29,665 bases of DNA, taken from contig JBHHYI010000033.1 of assembly GCA_046757525.1 (NCBI GenBank), positions 1 through 29,665 on the forward strand, in the 5' to 3' direction. The stretch is from a bacterium (GTDB lineage Bacteria > Zhuqueibacterota > Zhuqueibacteria > Oceanimicrobiales > Oceanimicrobiaceae). This document shows, in pieces, positions 9,506 to 19,071 of this stretch; position 1 is the stretch's first letter; every line of letters starts with the position of its first letter. Below the pieces are notes generated by a model, which ran no database searches, had not been told where the DNA came from, and saw nothing but the letters and a program-made list of their open reading frames with translations. The translations under genes and the position numbers were made by a program.

Positions 9506-11281
9506 ATGGAAACAGCTAACGCTGATGTGCAGGGTGAAAGGCAGGCGCAGGCAAACCCGTGCACAAAAATTACCGGCGAAATGTACGGCCAGGCAAAGCT
9601 GAGCGGTTCTGAGATCTTGATCCGCACCCTGGTGGATGAAGGCGTGGAGATCGTGTTCGGCTATCCCGGCGGTGTGGTGTTGGGGCTGTACGATGAGATT
9701 TACAAATCGCAACTCCCCTTCCGGCATGTGTTAATACGACACGAACAAGGCGGCACGCACGCCGCCGACGGCTACGCCCGCGCCACCGGCAAGCCGGGCG
9801 TGGTGCTGGTAACTTCCGGACCGGGCGCCACCAATACCGTAACCGGCATCGCCACCGCTTTCATGGACTCCATCCCGTTGGTGGTCTTCACGGGTCAGGT
9901 TCCCGCCGCTCTGATTGGCAACGATGCCTTTCAGGAAGCCGATATCGTCGGCATCACGCGGCCAATCACCAAACACAGTTATTTGGTCAAGAACGTCGAC
10001 GATCTTGAAGCGGCGATGCACGAGGCTTTTCACATTGCTAAAAGTGGCAGGCCCGGACCGGTGCTGGTGGATTTACCCAAAGACATGCTGGTTGCCCGCG
10101 GCGTTTATCACCGCAGGGGCGCGGCGGAAAGGAATGGTACCGCATCTCTAAACCAGGAACAGCGGCAAAAAATCTCCCGTGCCGCTGAGCTGATCAATCG
10201 GGCCAAACGCCCGCTAATTTACGCAGGCGGTGGTGTGGTGCAAGGAAGCGCGGCGCCGGAATTAACCGCTCTGGCCCTGGAAACAGGTATTCCCGTGACC
10301 ACGACTTTAATGGGACTGGGTGCCTTTCCAGAGACGCACGACCTTTCCCTGGGCATGCTGGGCATGCATGGCACCTGGTACGCCAACATGGCTATCAGCG
10401 AGTGCGACGTCCTGGTAGCGGTTGGCGCTCGCTTCGACGACCGGGTCACCGGCCGCCTCGATGGTTTTTCTCCCCATTCCAGGAAGATTCATATCGATAT
10501 CGATCCCACTTGCATTAACAAGAATATCGTCGTGGAAGTCCCTATCGTAGGCCATGTAAAGAACATCTTGCCCGAGCTGAGCAGCCGAGTGCACAAACCC
10601 AACACCAAAGCGTGGTGGCGGACGATTCACCAGTGGCAAAAGCAGCATCCGCTGCGGTATCAGCAACACGACGACCTGATCATGCCGCAATTTCTAATAC
10701 AAAAGATTGCCGAAGTCACCCAAGGGGAAGCGATCGTGGTTACCGATGTGGGACAACATCAAATGTGGGCTGCACAATATTACAAATTTAACCACCCCAG
10801 ATCGTTTCTGACTTCAGGCGGTTTAGGCACCATGGGTTTTGGATTTCCGGCGGCCATGGGAGCTGCGTTAGGTTGCCCCGACCGCGAGGTCGTCTGCATT
10901 ACCGGCGACGGTGGCTTCCAAATGACAGCCTTTGAATTGGCCACGGCCGTGGAAAACAAAGTGCCGGTAAAAATCGCCATTATGAACAACGGCTATTTGG
11001 GCATGGTGCGTCAATGGCAGCAACTGTTTTACGAAGGACGGTACGCCTTTTCGGACCTTCGCGGGGGCAATCCTGATTTTGTGCGACTGGCAGAAAGCTA
11101 CGGTGCGGTGGGTTTCAGAACCCATCTGCCCCGGGAAGTCAGCGCCATCCTTCAGGAGGCCCTGAAGATCAAAGATAAACCGGTGGTTTTGGATTTTGCC
11201 GTGGCCCAGGAAGAAAACGTCTTCCCCATGGTGCCGGCTGGTGCCTCCCTGGTGGAGATGGTCGACGGTGAAAATTATTGA
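9506..11281 (+). CDS. ilvB: Acetolactate synthase large subunit
   Basis: GYPGG, RHEQG, TSGPGATN, RFDDRVTG, TPP motif GDGG...MNN; RBS AGGAGG before ATG 9506. Confidence 0.97.
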   Translation: METANADVQGERQAQANPCTKITGEMYGQAKLSGSEILIRTLVDEGVEIVFGYPGGVVLGLYDEIYKSQLPFRHVLIRHEQGGTHAADGYARATGKPGVVLVTSGPGATNTVTGIATAFMDSIPLVVFTGQVPAALIGNDAFQEADIVGITRPITKHSYLVKNVDDLEAAMHEAFHIAKSGRPGPVLVDLPKDMLVARGVYHRRGAAERNGTASLNQEQRQKISRAAELINRAKRPLIYAGGGVVQGSAAPELTALALETGIPVTTTLMGLGAFPETHDLSLGMLGMHGTWYANMAISECDVLVAVGARFDDRVTGRLDGFSPHSRKIHIDIDPTCINKNIVVEVPIVGHVKNILPELSSRVHKPNTKAWWRTIHQWQKQHPLRYQQHDDLIMPQFLIQKIAEVTQGEAIVVTDVGQHQMWAAQYYKFNHPRSFLTSGGLGTMGFGFPAAMGAALGCPDREVVCITGDGGFQMTAFELATAVENKVPVKIAIMNNGYLGMVRQWQQLFYEGRYAFSDLRGGNPDFVRLAESYGAVGFRTHLPREVSAILQEALKIKDKPVVLDFAVAQEENVFPMVPAGASLVEMVDGENY

Positions 11282-11372
11282 CGCTAAAATCTTTGACAAT
11301 ATCCCGAAGGGGTAGAGTCAAGAGTTTTGTTAAAAGTGGGAGGGAAATGCTGAGAGCCGTCGGGTGCCTTTT

Positions 11373-11571
11373 GGCGTCAACCTAAGAGATTTTATCTATC
11401 AAAAATGTTATTCTGAGGTTCAAATTTCTATCAAAGTTCTTTTTAGAAAGGATTGGATTGTCATTTCGACCCGGCAGCCGCCGGGGAGAAATCTGGTTTA
11501 GTGCATTTGTCAGATTTCTCGACTCCACTTCGTTTCGCTCGAAATGACAATTTTGGGCTTAAGTTGACGCC
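11373..11571. mobile_element. MITE-like element with 14-bp TIRs containing a GTCATTTCGA...TCGAAATGAC palindromic repeat
   Basis: GGCGTCAACCTAAG (11373-11386) vs CTTAAGTTGACGCC (11558-11571), 13/14; inner TGTCATTTCGA (11459-11469)/TCGAAATGACA (11539-11549) with GAGAAATCTG/CAGATTTCTC. Confidence 0.6.
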
Positions 11572-11599
11572 TAACCCCGAAGATTAGAGGAGCTGAACA

Positions 11600-12088
11600 A
11601 TGAAACATACGATTTCCGTCTATTTCCGCAACAACTTTAATGCGCTTTCCAGAATCATCGGTCTGTTTAGCGGCCGCGGATTCAACATCGACAGCGTGAG
11701 TTTTGGCGCTGCTAAGGAAGCCGGAATGGCCCGCATGACCATCACCACCCGTGGTGATGAACGTATTATCGAGCAAATCAACAACCAACTGGACAAAATC
11801 GTCGACGTGATGAAAGTGACGGACTTGACTTATGAGCCGTTTGTGGAAAGAGAGTTGGCGCTGGTAAAGGTAAAGTCCACGCCGGCAAGTCGGTCGGAGA
11901 TCACCGAAATTGTCAATGTGTTCCGCGCCAAGATCATCGACATCAGCCCGGAAACGCTGACCATCGAAGTCACTGGCAAAGAGGACAAGGTTAACGCCGC
12001 CATCGGCATGCTCGGCCCTTTCGGTCTCCTGGAAGTGGCCCGCACCGGCAGCGTGGCCTTGCAGCGGGAGTTCAAGGGAGTCACTTAG
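11600..12088 (+). CDS. ilvN: Acetolactate synthase small (ACT regulatory) subunit
   Basis: LSRIIGLFSGRGFNIDS, ERELALVKV, EVARTG motifs. Confidence 0.97.
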   Translation: MKHTISVYFRNNFNALSRIIGLFSGRGFNIDSVSFGAAKEAGMARMTITTRGDERIIEQINNQLDKIVDVMKVTDLTYEPFVERELALVKVKSTPASRSEITEIVNVFRAKIIDISPETLTIEVTGKEDKVNAAIGMLGPFGLLEVARTGSVALQREFKGVT

Positions 12089-12146
12089 TAGACTGTTTCA
12101 TACTTGCAAGGACCCATGAAATAAACTCAAAGAAAGGATTAAAACC

Positions 12147-13136
12147 ATGAAGCTCTATTATGACAGCGAGGCAGACCTGAAGTTGCTGAACGGCAAAACC
12201 GTTGCCGTGCTTGGGTACGGCAGTCAAGGACACGCGCACGCTTTGAATCTTAAAGACAGCGGCGTCGAGGTGGTTGTTGGCCTCAGAAAGACCAGCGGCT
12301 CCTGGAAAAAGGCGGAGGCAGACGGCTTGAAGGTTGTTGAGACCGCAGAGGCAGTTAGGCTGGGTGAGGTGGTGATGGTATTGCTACCCGATCAAAACCA
12401 GGCTGAAGTTTACGAACAGGACATCCGGCCGAACCTTGACGCGGGCAATGCACTCGCCTTTGCCCACGGGTTTAACATCCACTTCAATCAAATCGTGCCG
12501 CCAAAAGATGTGGACGTTTTCATGGTAGCGCCCAAGGGGCCCGGGCATCTGGTGCGGCGCGTGTTCTCAGCGGGCGGTGGTGTGCCCTGCCTGCTGGCGG
12601 TGTTCCAGGATGCCACGCAGACAGCTAAACCACTGGCTCTGGCCTACGCTAAAGGCATCGGTGGTACGCGGGCCGGCGTCATCGAAACCACCTTCAAAGA
12701 AGAAACCGAAACGGACCTGTTCGGCGAGCAAGCCGTCTTGTGTGGCGGCATTACCGAGCTCATCAAGGCCGGCTTTGACATCCTGGTGCAGGCAGGCTAC
12801 CAGCCAGAAATCGCCTATTTTGAATGTTTGCACGAAATGAAGCTCATCGTCGACCTTTTTTACGAAGGCGGAATCGCAGGCATGTACTATTCGGTCAGTG
12901 AGACCGCGGAATATGGCGGCATGACACGGGGGCCAAAGGTGATCAACGAAGAAACCAGGCAACGAATGCAAGCGATTCTCCAGGCCGTCCAGGACGGTTC
13001 TTTTGCCAGAGAATGGATTCTGGAAAACAAGGCCGGTCAGCCGGTCATGAACGCGCTTCGGAAGGAACACCAGGCGCTGCAAATCGAGAAAGTGGGCAAG
13101 CATCTGAGAGAAATGATGAGCTGGATTCAAAAATGA
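12147..13136 (+). CDS. ilvC: Ketol-acid reductoisomerase (class I)
   Basis: [43 protein letters not shown]. Confidence 0.98.
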   Translation: MKLYYDSEADLKLLNGKTVAVLGYGSQGHAHALNLKDSGVEVVVGLRKTSGSWKKAEADGLKVVETAEAVRLGEVVMVLLPDQNQAEVYEQDIRPNLDAGNALAFAHGFNIHFNQIVPPKDVDVFMVAPKGPGHLVRRVFSAGGGVPCLLAVFQDATQTAKPLALAYAKGIGGTRAGVIETTFKEETETDLFGEQAVLCGGITELIKAGFDILVQAGYQPEIAYFECLHEMKLIVDLFYEGGIAGMYYSVSETAEYGGMTRGPKVINEETRQRMQAILQAVQDGSFAREWILENKAGQPVMNALRKEHQALQIEKVGKHLREMMSWIQK

Positions 13137-13205
13137 CCTCTCTGTGCCCTGCTAAGTCAACCTTTGTGATAGGCCAAACGCTCATTAGGGAAAGGAGAGA
13201 CCCAA

Positions 13206-14420
13206 ATGGAAAACCAAGTACTCATTTTCGACACAACCTTGCGCGATGGGGAGCAAGCGCCGGGCTTCAATATGAACCTGGAAGAAAAAATTCGCATGGC
13301 TGCGCAATTAGAACGGTTGAATGTGGATGTCATCGAGGCGGGCTTTCCCATTGCCTCGGAAGGCGATTTTCTGGCCGTTCGTGAAGTGGCCAAAAGGACC
13401 CGGCGTTGCATCGTAGCTGCCCTGTGCCGCACCAAAAAGAACGACATCGACCGGGCGTGGCAGGCTTTGCAACCTGCCGAGCATCCACGCATCCATACCT
13501 TCATCGCCACCTCGGACATTCACCTATGTCACAAGCTGAGGAAAAGCCGGCAAGAAGCGCTGCAAGAAGCGGTTTGGGCGGTCCAGTATTCCAAGAGTTT
13601 TTGCAGCGACGTGGAGTTCTCTGCCGAGGACGCCACCCGCAGCGATCCTGAATTCTTGTTGGAGATTTTCTCTGCTGTCATCGAGGCCGGTGCCACGGTG
13701 GTCAACGTACCCGACACGGTGGGCTTTTCCATGCCGTGGGAGTTTGGTGAGCTGATTAGCCAGCTCCAGGAAAAAGTCGCGGGCATCGAGGAGGTCGTCT
13801 TGAGCGTGCACTGCCATGATGATTTGGGTCACAGCGTGTCCAACTCATTGGTCGCGGTGCACGCCGGCGCCCAACAGGTAGAGTGCACCGTCAACGGCAT
13901 CGGGGAACGGGCCGGCAATGCTTCTTTGGAAGAAGTCGTCATGTCGCTAAAGACGCGGCCTGGCTGTTTTGCCTGTGACACGCGGGTCGAACCGACGGAG
14001 CTTTACGCCACCAGCCAACTGTTGTCCGAGATCACTCGCGTGCCAGTGCAGCCGAACAAAGCGATCGTTGGCTGCAACGCTTTTGCCCACGAAGCCGGCA
14101 TTCATCAGGACGGTGTCTTGAAAAATCCTTTGACCTACGAAATCATGACTCCGGAATCTGTGGGGGTTCCCGGCAACAAGCTAATTCTGGGTAAGCATTC
14201 GGGCCGCAATGCGCTCAATAGTCGGTTGCAGCAACTGGGATTTAATTGTAGCAAAGAACAGTTGCAGCAGATCTATGAAGCGTTCATCGAGCGGGCCGAC
14301 GCCAAGAAAGTTGTTTTGGACGAGGAGCTCGTCGTGCTTGCAAACAAGGAGGTTTCTAAAACCCAAGCGCAACCCGAGGCAGAGCAACTGCAACCCCAAC
14401 CCCAACTAAATGAGGCCTGA
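13206..14420 (+). CDS. leuA: 2-isopropylmalate synthase, short form lacking the C-terminal regulatory domain
   Basis: [44 protein letters not shown]; only 404 aa; leu operon context. Confidence 0.9.
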   Translation: MENQVLIFDTTLRDGEQAPGFNMNLEEKIRMAAQLERLNVDVIEAGFPIASEGDFLAVREVAKRTRRCIVAALCRTKKNDIDRAWQALQPAEHPRIHTFIATSDIHLCHKLRKSRQEALQEAVWAVQYSKSFCSDVEFSAEDATRSDPEFLLEIFSAVIEAGATVVNVPDTVGFSMPWEFGELISQLQEKVAGIEEVVLSVHCHDDLGHSVSNSLVAVHAGAQQVECTVNGIGERAGNASLEEVVMSLKTRPGCFACDTRVEPTELYATSQLLSEITRVPVQPNKAIVGCNAFAHEAGIHQDGVLKNPLTYEIMTPESVGVPGNKLILGKHSGRNALNSRLQQLGFNCSKEQLQQIYEAFIERADAKKVVLDEELVVLANKEVSKTQAQPEAEQLQPQPQLNEA

Positions 14421-14423
14421 CCC

Positions 14424-15713
14424 ATGACGATTACAGAAAAAATCCTGACCAGGCATTCCGGCAAATCCGAGGTTAATCCTGGTGACACGGTGTGGATGGA
14501 TGTGGACCTCTTAATGACGCACGACGTTTGCGGGCCACCGACCTTTGCCATCTTCAAAAAACAATTCGGGGCTGACGCCAGGGTTTGGGATCGAGAAAAG
14601 GTGGTGATCATTCCGGATCATTACATTTTCACCGCAGACAAATACGCCAACCGCAATGTGGCGATTCTGCGCGAGTTTGCCAGAGAACAAGACCTGCCGC
14701 ATTTTTATGACGTGGGCACGGAGCGCTACAAAGGGGTCTGCCACATCGCTCTGCCCGAGGAAGGCTTCACCCGGCCGGGAGAGGTGCTGTTCGGCACCGA
14801 TTCGCACACCTGCACTGCCGGCGCTTTTGGCGAGTTTGCCACGGGCATCGGCAACACAGACGCGGCTTTTATTCTGGGCACCGGTAAGCTGTGGGTGAAG
14901 GTGCCGGAGACGATGAAGTTCGTCTTTGAAGGTGAAATTCATCCTTACATCATGGCCAAGGATATGATTTTGCAAATCATTGGCGACATCGGTGTGGCAG
15001 GCGCCAGCTACCGCGCCATGGAGTTCGCCGGCGACGGCGTGCAGGCGCTCCACATGGAGAGCCGCATGACCCTGGCCAACATGGTCATCGAAGCTGGCGG
15101 CAAAAACGGCATCATCGAACCCGATGACGTGACTTTCGACTATGTTACCGCTCGCACCGACTGTCCGTTTGTCCCGGCTTTCAACGATGAAAACGCCAAA
15201 TTCCACAGCGTGCACGTGTACAAATCCAAAGAACTGCAGCCCATGCTGGCCCGGCCACATTCCCCGGATGACAAGGCGACGGTCTATGAGATGCGGCACA
15301 CGGCTCTGGACCGCGCCTACATCGGTTCCTGCACGGGCGGCAAAATCTCGGATTTTATTGCGGCGGCTCAGATCATCAAGCATCAAAGCGTGAAAGTCGA
15401 CACGTACGTGGTGCCGGCAACCACCCAAATTGCCCGTGACTTAAAAACCACAAGAATAGACCAGGAATCGCTTTTCGAGATCTTTGAAAATGCCGGGGCT
15501 AAAATAGGCCAGCCGTCTTGTGCTGCCTGCTTGGGTGGCCCCGGCGACACCTTCGGCCGGCTCAACGGCGATGAAGTTTGCATTTCTACGACCAACCGCA
15601 ATTTCCCGGGTCGCATGGGTTCCAGGCGGGCCCAGGTTTATTTGGCCTCGCCCTACACTGTGGCCGCTTCGGCCCTCACCGGCAAGATTACGGATCCACG
15701 GGATTTCTTTTGA
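14424..15713 (+). CDS. leuC: 3-isopropylmalate dehydratase large subunit
   Basis: DSHTCTAGAFG, IGSCTGG, SCAACLGG, STTNRNFPGRMG; three [4Fe-4S] Cys. Confidence 0.95.
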   Translation: MTITEKILTRHSGKSEVNPGDTVWMDVDLLMTHDVCGPPTFAIFKKQFGADARVWDREKVVIIPDHYIFTADKYANRNVAILREFAREQDLPHFYDVGTERYKGVCHIALPEEGFTRPGEVLFGTDSHTCTAGAFGEFATGIGNTDAAFILGTGKLWVKVPETMKFVFEGEIHPYIMAKDMILQIIGDIGVAGASYRAMEFAGDGVQALHMESRMTLANMVIEAGGKNGIIEPDDVTFDYVTARTDCPFVPAFNDENAKFHSVHVYKSKELQPMLARPHSPDDKATVYEMRHTALDRAYIGSCTGGKISDFIAAAQIIKHQSVKVDTYVVPATTQIARDLKTTRIDQESLFEIFENAGAKIGQPSCAACLGGPGDTFGRLNGDEVCISTTNRNFPGRMGSRRAQVYLASPYTVAASALTGKITDPRDFF

Positions 15714-15776
15714 AGGAGGCTTGCCAAACATAAGTCTGATGGACCTGGTGCAATTAAGAAAAAGGAAGTTGAAGTC

Positions 15777-16337
15777 ATGAGCCAGAAAATTAGAGGCAAG
15801 GCTTTTGTGTTAGGGGACAATATCGACACCGACCAGATCATTCCGGCTCGCCATCTGGTTTACAGTCTGGATGACCCGGCGGAAAACAAGTTTTACGGAC
15901 GCTACGCGCTTTCGGCTGTTCCCGAAGAACGGTCTGGCTTACCGTCCGGAGGCATTCCCTTCACGGAACCGGAGCAGTTCAAGTCACAATTTAGCATCGT
16001 GGTGGCCGGAAAGAATTTCGGCTGCGGTTCTTCACGGGAGCACGCGCCGGCTGCCCTACAAATTGCTGGCGTTAAGGCCGTCATCGCATCCTCCTACGCC
16101 CGCATCTTTTACCGCAATGCCGTGGACGGAGGATTTTTGATTCCTTATGAAAGCAGGGACGATCTCACAACGCTCGTTCGAACCCATGACCTCCTGGAAA
16201 TAGACCAGGCAGACAACACACTGAAAAACTTAACCAGAGGGCAAAGCCACGCGCTGAGATCCCTGGGCGAGGTGACCGAAATCGTCCAAGCCGGGGGCAT
16301 TTTTGCCTACGCGCGTCAACACGAAATGATGCCATGA
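15777..16337 (+). CDS. leuD: 3-isopropylmalate dehydratase small subunit
   Basis: DNIDTDQIIPA, NFGCGSSREHA, SYARIFYRN. Confidence 0.95.
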   Translation: MSQKIRGKAFVLGDNIDTDQIIPARHLVYSLDDPAENKFYGRYALSAVPEERSGLPSGGIPFTEPEQFKSQFSIVVAGKNFGCGSSREHAPAALQIAGVKAVIASSYARIFYRNAVDGGFLIPYESRDDLTTLVRTHDLLEIDQADNTLKNLTRGQSHALRSLGEVTEIVQAGGIFAYARQHEMMP

Positions 16338-17422
16338 CCAGGCAAATAATCGTGCTTCCAGGCGACGGCATTGGCGTGGAGGTCACCCGGGCCGCAGTGA
16401 AAGTGCTGGAAATGGTTTGTGGACGTATGGGCATTGCGCTCCAAATGCAGGAATTCCTCATCGGTGGAGCCAGTCTCGACGCATTTGGTGTTCCCATTCA
16501 AGAGAAGGTTTTGGCAACTTGCCGCCAGGCCGATGCCGTGTTCTTAGGGGCTGTCGGCGGTCCTGAGTGGGACAGCCTGCCCAAAGAGAACCGTCCCGAA
16601 GTCGCTCTCCTGAGCTTGCGTAGAGAGTTGGAGCTGTTCACCAATCTGCGACCGGTTAGAGTTTTCCAACCCTTGCTCGACGCCTCTACCCTGAAGCCAG
16701 ACGTAATTGAGAATACCGACATTCTGATCGTGCGTGAATTGACCGGCGGAATTTACTTTGGCAAACCCAGATTCACGAAAAAGAGCGGAGACGGGGAACG
16801 GGCTGTGGACACCATGGAATACCGCACCTGGGAAATTGAACGGATCGCGAAAGTCGCGTTCGAGGCTGCCCAGAGGCGCAAGAAAAAGGTGACTTCGGTG
16901 GACAAGGCCAACGTGCTGGCCACCTCGGTACTCTGGCGCAAGACCGTTGACAGGCTTTCGGCCAAATACTCGGACGTCACCCTCGAGCACATGCTGGTGG
17001 ACAACTGCGCCATGCAGTTGCTTCGCAATCCCCGTCAGTTCGACGTCATTTTGACGACAAACCTGTTCGGCGACATTTTGAGCGATGAAGCTTCCATGTT
17101 AACCGGTTCCCTCGGCATGCTGCCGTCGGCCAGCCTGGGTGAAAGGGGCGGTCTTTACGAACCCGTGCACGGCTCAGCGCCGGACATTGCCGGGAAAAAT
17201 GTCGCCAATCCTCTGGCCGCCATTGCTTCGGTCGCTCTCATGTTTCGCTACACCTTTGGATTAGCGCGCGCTGCGTCAGCCATCGAACAAGCGATTGACA
17301 CAACACTCACACGAGGCTACTGCTGCGCTGATTTGTATTCTGGTACCGGAACGTTGCTTGGCACCACTGAAATGACAGACGCTATATTGGATGCAATCGA
17401 ATTGAATTCGGTACTTTCCTGA
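16334..17422 (+). CDS. leuB: 3-isopropylmalate dehydrogenase
   Basis: PGDGIGVEV, VRELTGGIYFG, VDKANV, NLFGDILSDEA, EPVHGSAPDIAG; ATGA overlap with leuD. Confidence 0.98.
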   Translation: MTRQIIVLPGDGIGVEVTRAAVKVLEMVCGRMGIALQMQEFLIGGASLDAFGVPIQEKVLATCRQADAVFLGAVGGPEWDSLPKENRPEVALLSLRRELELFTNLRPVRVFQPLLDASTLKPDVIENTDILIVRELTGGIYFGKPRFTKKSGDGERAVDTMEYRTWEIERIAKVAFEAAQRRKKKVTSVDKANVLATSVLWRKTVDRLSAKYSDVTLEHMLVDNCAMQLLRNPRQFDVILTTNLFGDILSDEASMLTGSLGMLPSASLGERGGLYEPVHGSAPDIAGKNVANPLAAIASVALMFRYTFGLARAASAIEQAIDTTLTRGYCCADLYSGTGTLLGTTEMTDAILDAIELNSVLS

Positions 17423-17452
17423 AGCGGTGAATCAGTTGTCTCCCAGCACACC

Positions 17453-17490
17453 TTACCGAAAATCGGGAAGCCCTTGCCGATTTTCGGGAA
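17453..17490. promoter_or_regulatory. Twin palindromic enhancer (UAS) boxes for a sigma54 activator
   Basis: TTACCGAAAATCGGGAA and TTGCCGATTTTCGGGAA; cores 17456-17466 and 17477-17487 are exact reverse complements 21 bp apart. Confidence 0.65.
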
Positions 17491-17591
17491 CCGCTTTTCC
17501 CGCCACCTCCCTGTCTCACAGGTAGCTCGCATTCCAGCAACTCTTTGAATATTTGAACTTTACCATCGCTTTCATCCACAACCTTTTGGCC

Positions 17592-17607
17592 TGGTACCGG
17601 ATTTGCA
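17592..17607 (+). promoter_or_regulatory. Sigma54 (-24/-12) promoter of the redox island
   Basis: TGGTAC-CGGAT-TTGCA against consensus TGGCAC-N5-TTGCW; GG 17593-4 and GC 17605-6 exactly 10 nt apart. Confidence 0.75.
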
Positions 17608-17673
17608 TTGGGGCTGTCTCAACAACCATCCAATGTCATTTCAATATGCAGATTTATGAGGAAGGAGCGTATT

Positions 17674-18768
17674 GTGAAAGCGATTAAGGTTTTTGCGGTT
17701 GTGTGCATGTTGCTGGTTTCTTTCAGTAGTAAGGCGTTGTTTGCGCAAAAGTCGGATAAGAAGGAAAGCTTGAAGTTCTCAGGCGACCTGCGACTGCGCT
17801 TTGAGAAAGATTACGATGTAACCGGCAAGGATAGCCGGGACCGGGCACGCTACCGCTTCCGTTTTGGTCTGGTTCATAAGCGCGGCGACCACATTGAAAT
17901 TGGCGCGCGGCTGGCCTCTGGCAATCCCACCGACGAACAGTCCCCGCACCAAACCCTGGGCAACGATTTCGGTAAGAAGAATTTCTTCATGGACAAAGTC
18001 TATTTCAAATACAAATTCGATTCCGGCTGGGTCTGGTTTGGCAAGAATTCCTTCCCGTTCTGGAAGCAGAATGAGATGTTCTGGGACAGCGACGTCAACC
18101 CGGAAGGCATCTCGGTGTCGTACAGTCCCAAAGATTTTGCCGGCCCCGGCACGAAGCTCACCCTGACTGGCGGCCAGTACGTCATCGATGATTTTAACAC
18201 TCTGTTCAACTCGTCCATGACCGCCCTGCAGGCCAGTCTGAACCACAAACTGGCCTCGGCCAATGTGACGGGAGCGGTTGGCTACTACTTCTTCAACAAC
18301 AACAAGGCCGACACGGTCTCCTTCAACGCCCTGAACGACATGGATCACAAGATACTGGTGGTGAGCGGCCAGGCGAAGTTTCAAGTTCGTCCCGATTTGC
18401 CGGTAACCGTTGGCGCGGACTACATGAACAATTTCGAGGATCCCACCCTCAGCGGTTTTGAAAATGAAACGCACGGCTTCGTCGCTCAAGTTTTAGTAGG
18501 GAAATTAAAAAATCCTGGCGACTGGCTCTTCGGCTTTTACTACGCCCGCATCGAGAAATTTGCCGTGGTCGCCAATTTTGCCCAGGACGACTGGTGGCGC
18601 TTCGGCAGCGGCCACACCGATTCCAGCAACCTCAGGGGTTTCGAGCTGCGCTTCGGCTATCAGTTGGGCAAGAAAATGAATGTGGTGGTGCGGCATTACG
18701 TGACGGATATGATCGTCGGCAACAAAGACGCGAACCGGTTTCGAGCGGATTTTAATGTCAAATATTAA
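17674..18768 (+). CDS. Putative outer-membrane beta-barrel porin
   Basis: Signal peptide from GTG 17674 (RBS GAAGGAG), N-terminal FSGDLRLRFE, amphipathic beta-strands, C-terminal aromatic residue (RFRADFNVKY). Confidence 0.8.
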   Translation: MKAIKVFAVVCMLLVSFSSKALFAQKSDKKESLKFSGDLRLRFEKDYDVTGKDSRDRARYRFRFGLVHKRGDHIEIGARLASGNPTDEQSPHQTLGNDFGKKNFFMDKVYFKYKFDSGWVWFGKNSFPFWKQNEMFWDSDVNPEGISVSYSPKDFAGPGTKLTLTGGQYVIDDFNTLFNSSMTALQASLNHKLASANVTGAVGYYFFNNNKADTVSFNALNDMDHKILVVSGQAKFQVRPDLPVTVGADYMNNFEDPTLSGFENETHGFVAQVLVGKLKNPGDWLFGFYYARIEKFAVVANFAQDDWWRFGSGHTDSSNLRGFELRFGYQLGKKMNVVVRHYVTDMIVGNKDANRFRADFNVKY

Positions 18769-18800
18769 ACAGGAATTATTCCCCGTGCGCCAACGGTAGG

Positions 18801-18849
18801 AAACGCCTCTGCAATCGAGACGATTGCAATACGATTAACGGAGCGTTTC
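18801..18849. repeat. Structured intergenic repeat, copy 2 (copy 1 at 107-154)
   Basis: AAACGCCTCTGCAATCGAGACGATTGCAATACGATTAACGGAGCGTTTC. Confidence 0.75.
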
Positions 18850-18866
18850 CCAAGAGCACTGTGCGA

Positions 18867-18974
18867 GTCATCCCGAGTAGGTCACTGTTGTCCAAGTGAC
18901 CTTATCGAGGGGTGACGGGCGTCGCCCTTCGATGCGTCCCGACCAAAAAAGCGGTCGGGGCTACTCAGGACGAC
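18867..18974. repeat. Multi-branched GTCATCCYGAG...CTCAGGAYGAC palindromic repeat
   Basis: Outer arms 18867-18880/18961-18974 (12/14); inner stems AGGTCACT/AGTGACCT, ATCGAGGG/CCTTCGAT, GTCCCGACC/GGTCGGGGC; last stem also matches window bases 1-20. Confidence 0.7.
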
Positions 18975-19071
18975 TACCTTTTTGCTCAAGGGAAAACAAT
19001 TGTTACTTGCGGTTTTACCGCATTCTGACTAATTCAGGCAAAATAAAATATAAACTTTTTCAGGAGGCAAA

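Noticed and set aside
11293..11318. Internal promoter TTGACA...TAGAGT before ilvN
   Set aside because: Spacer is only 14 nt
14362..14417. Q/P-rich leuA tail as a frameshift scar
   Set aside because: leuC starts 3 nt after the stop, leaving no space for a regulatory-domain remnant
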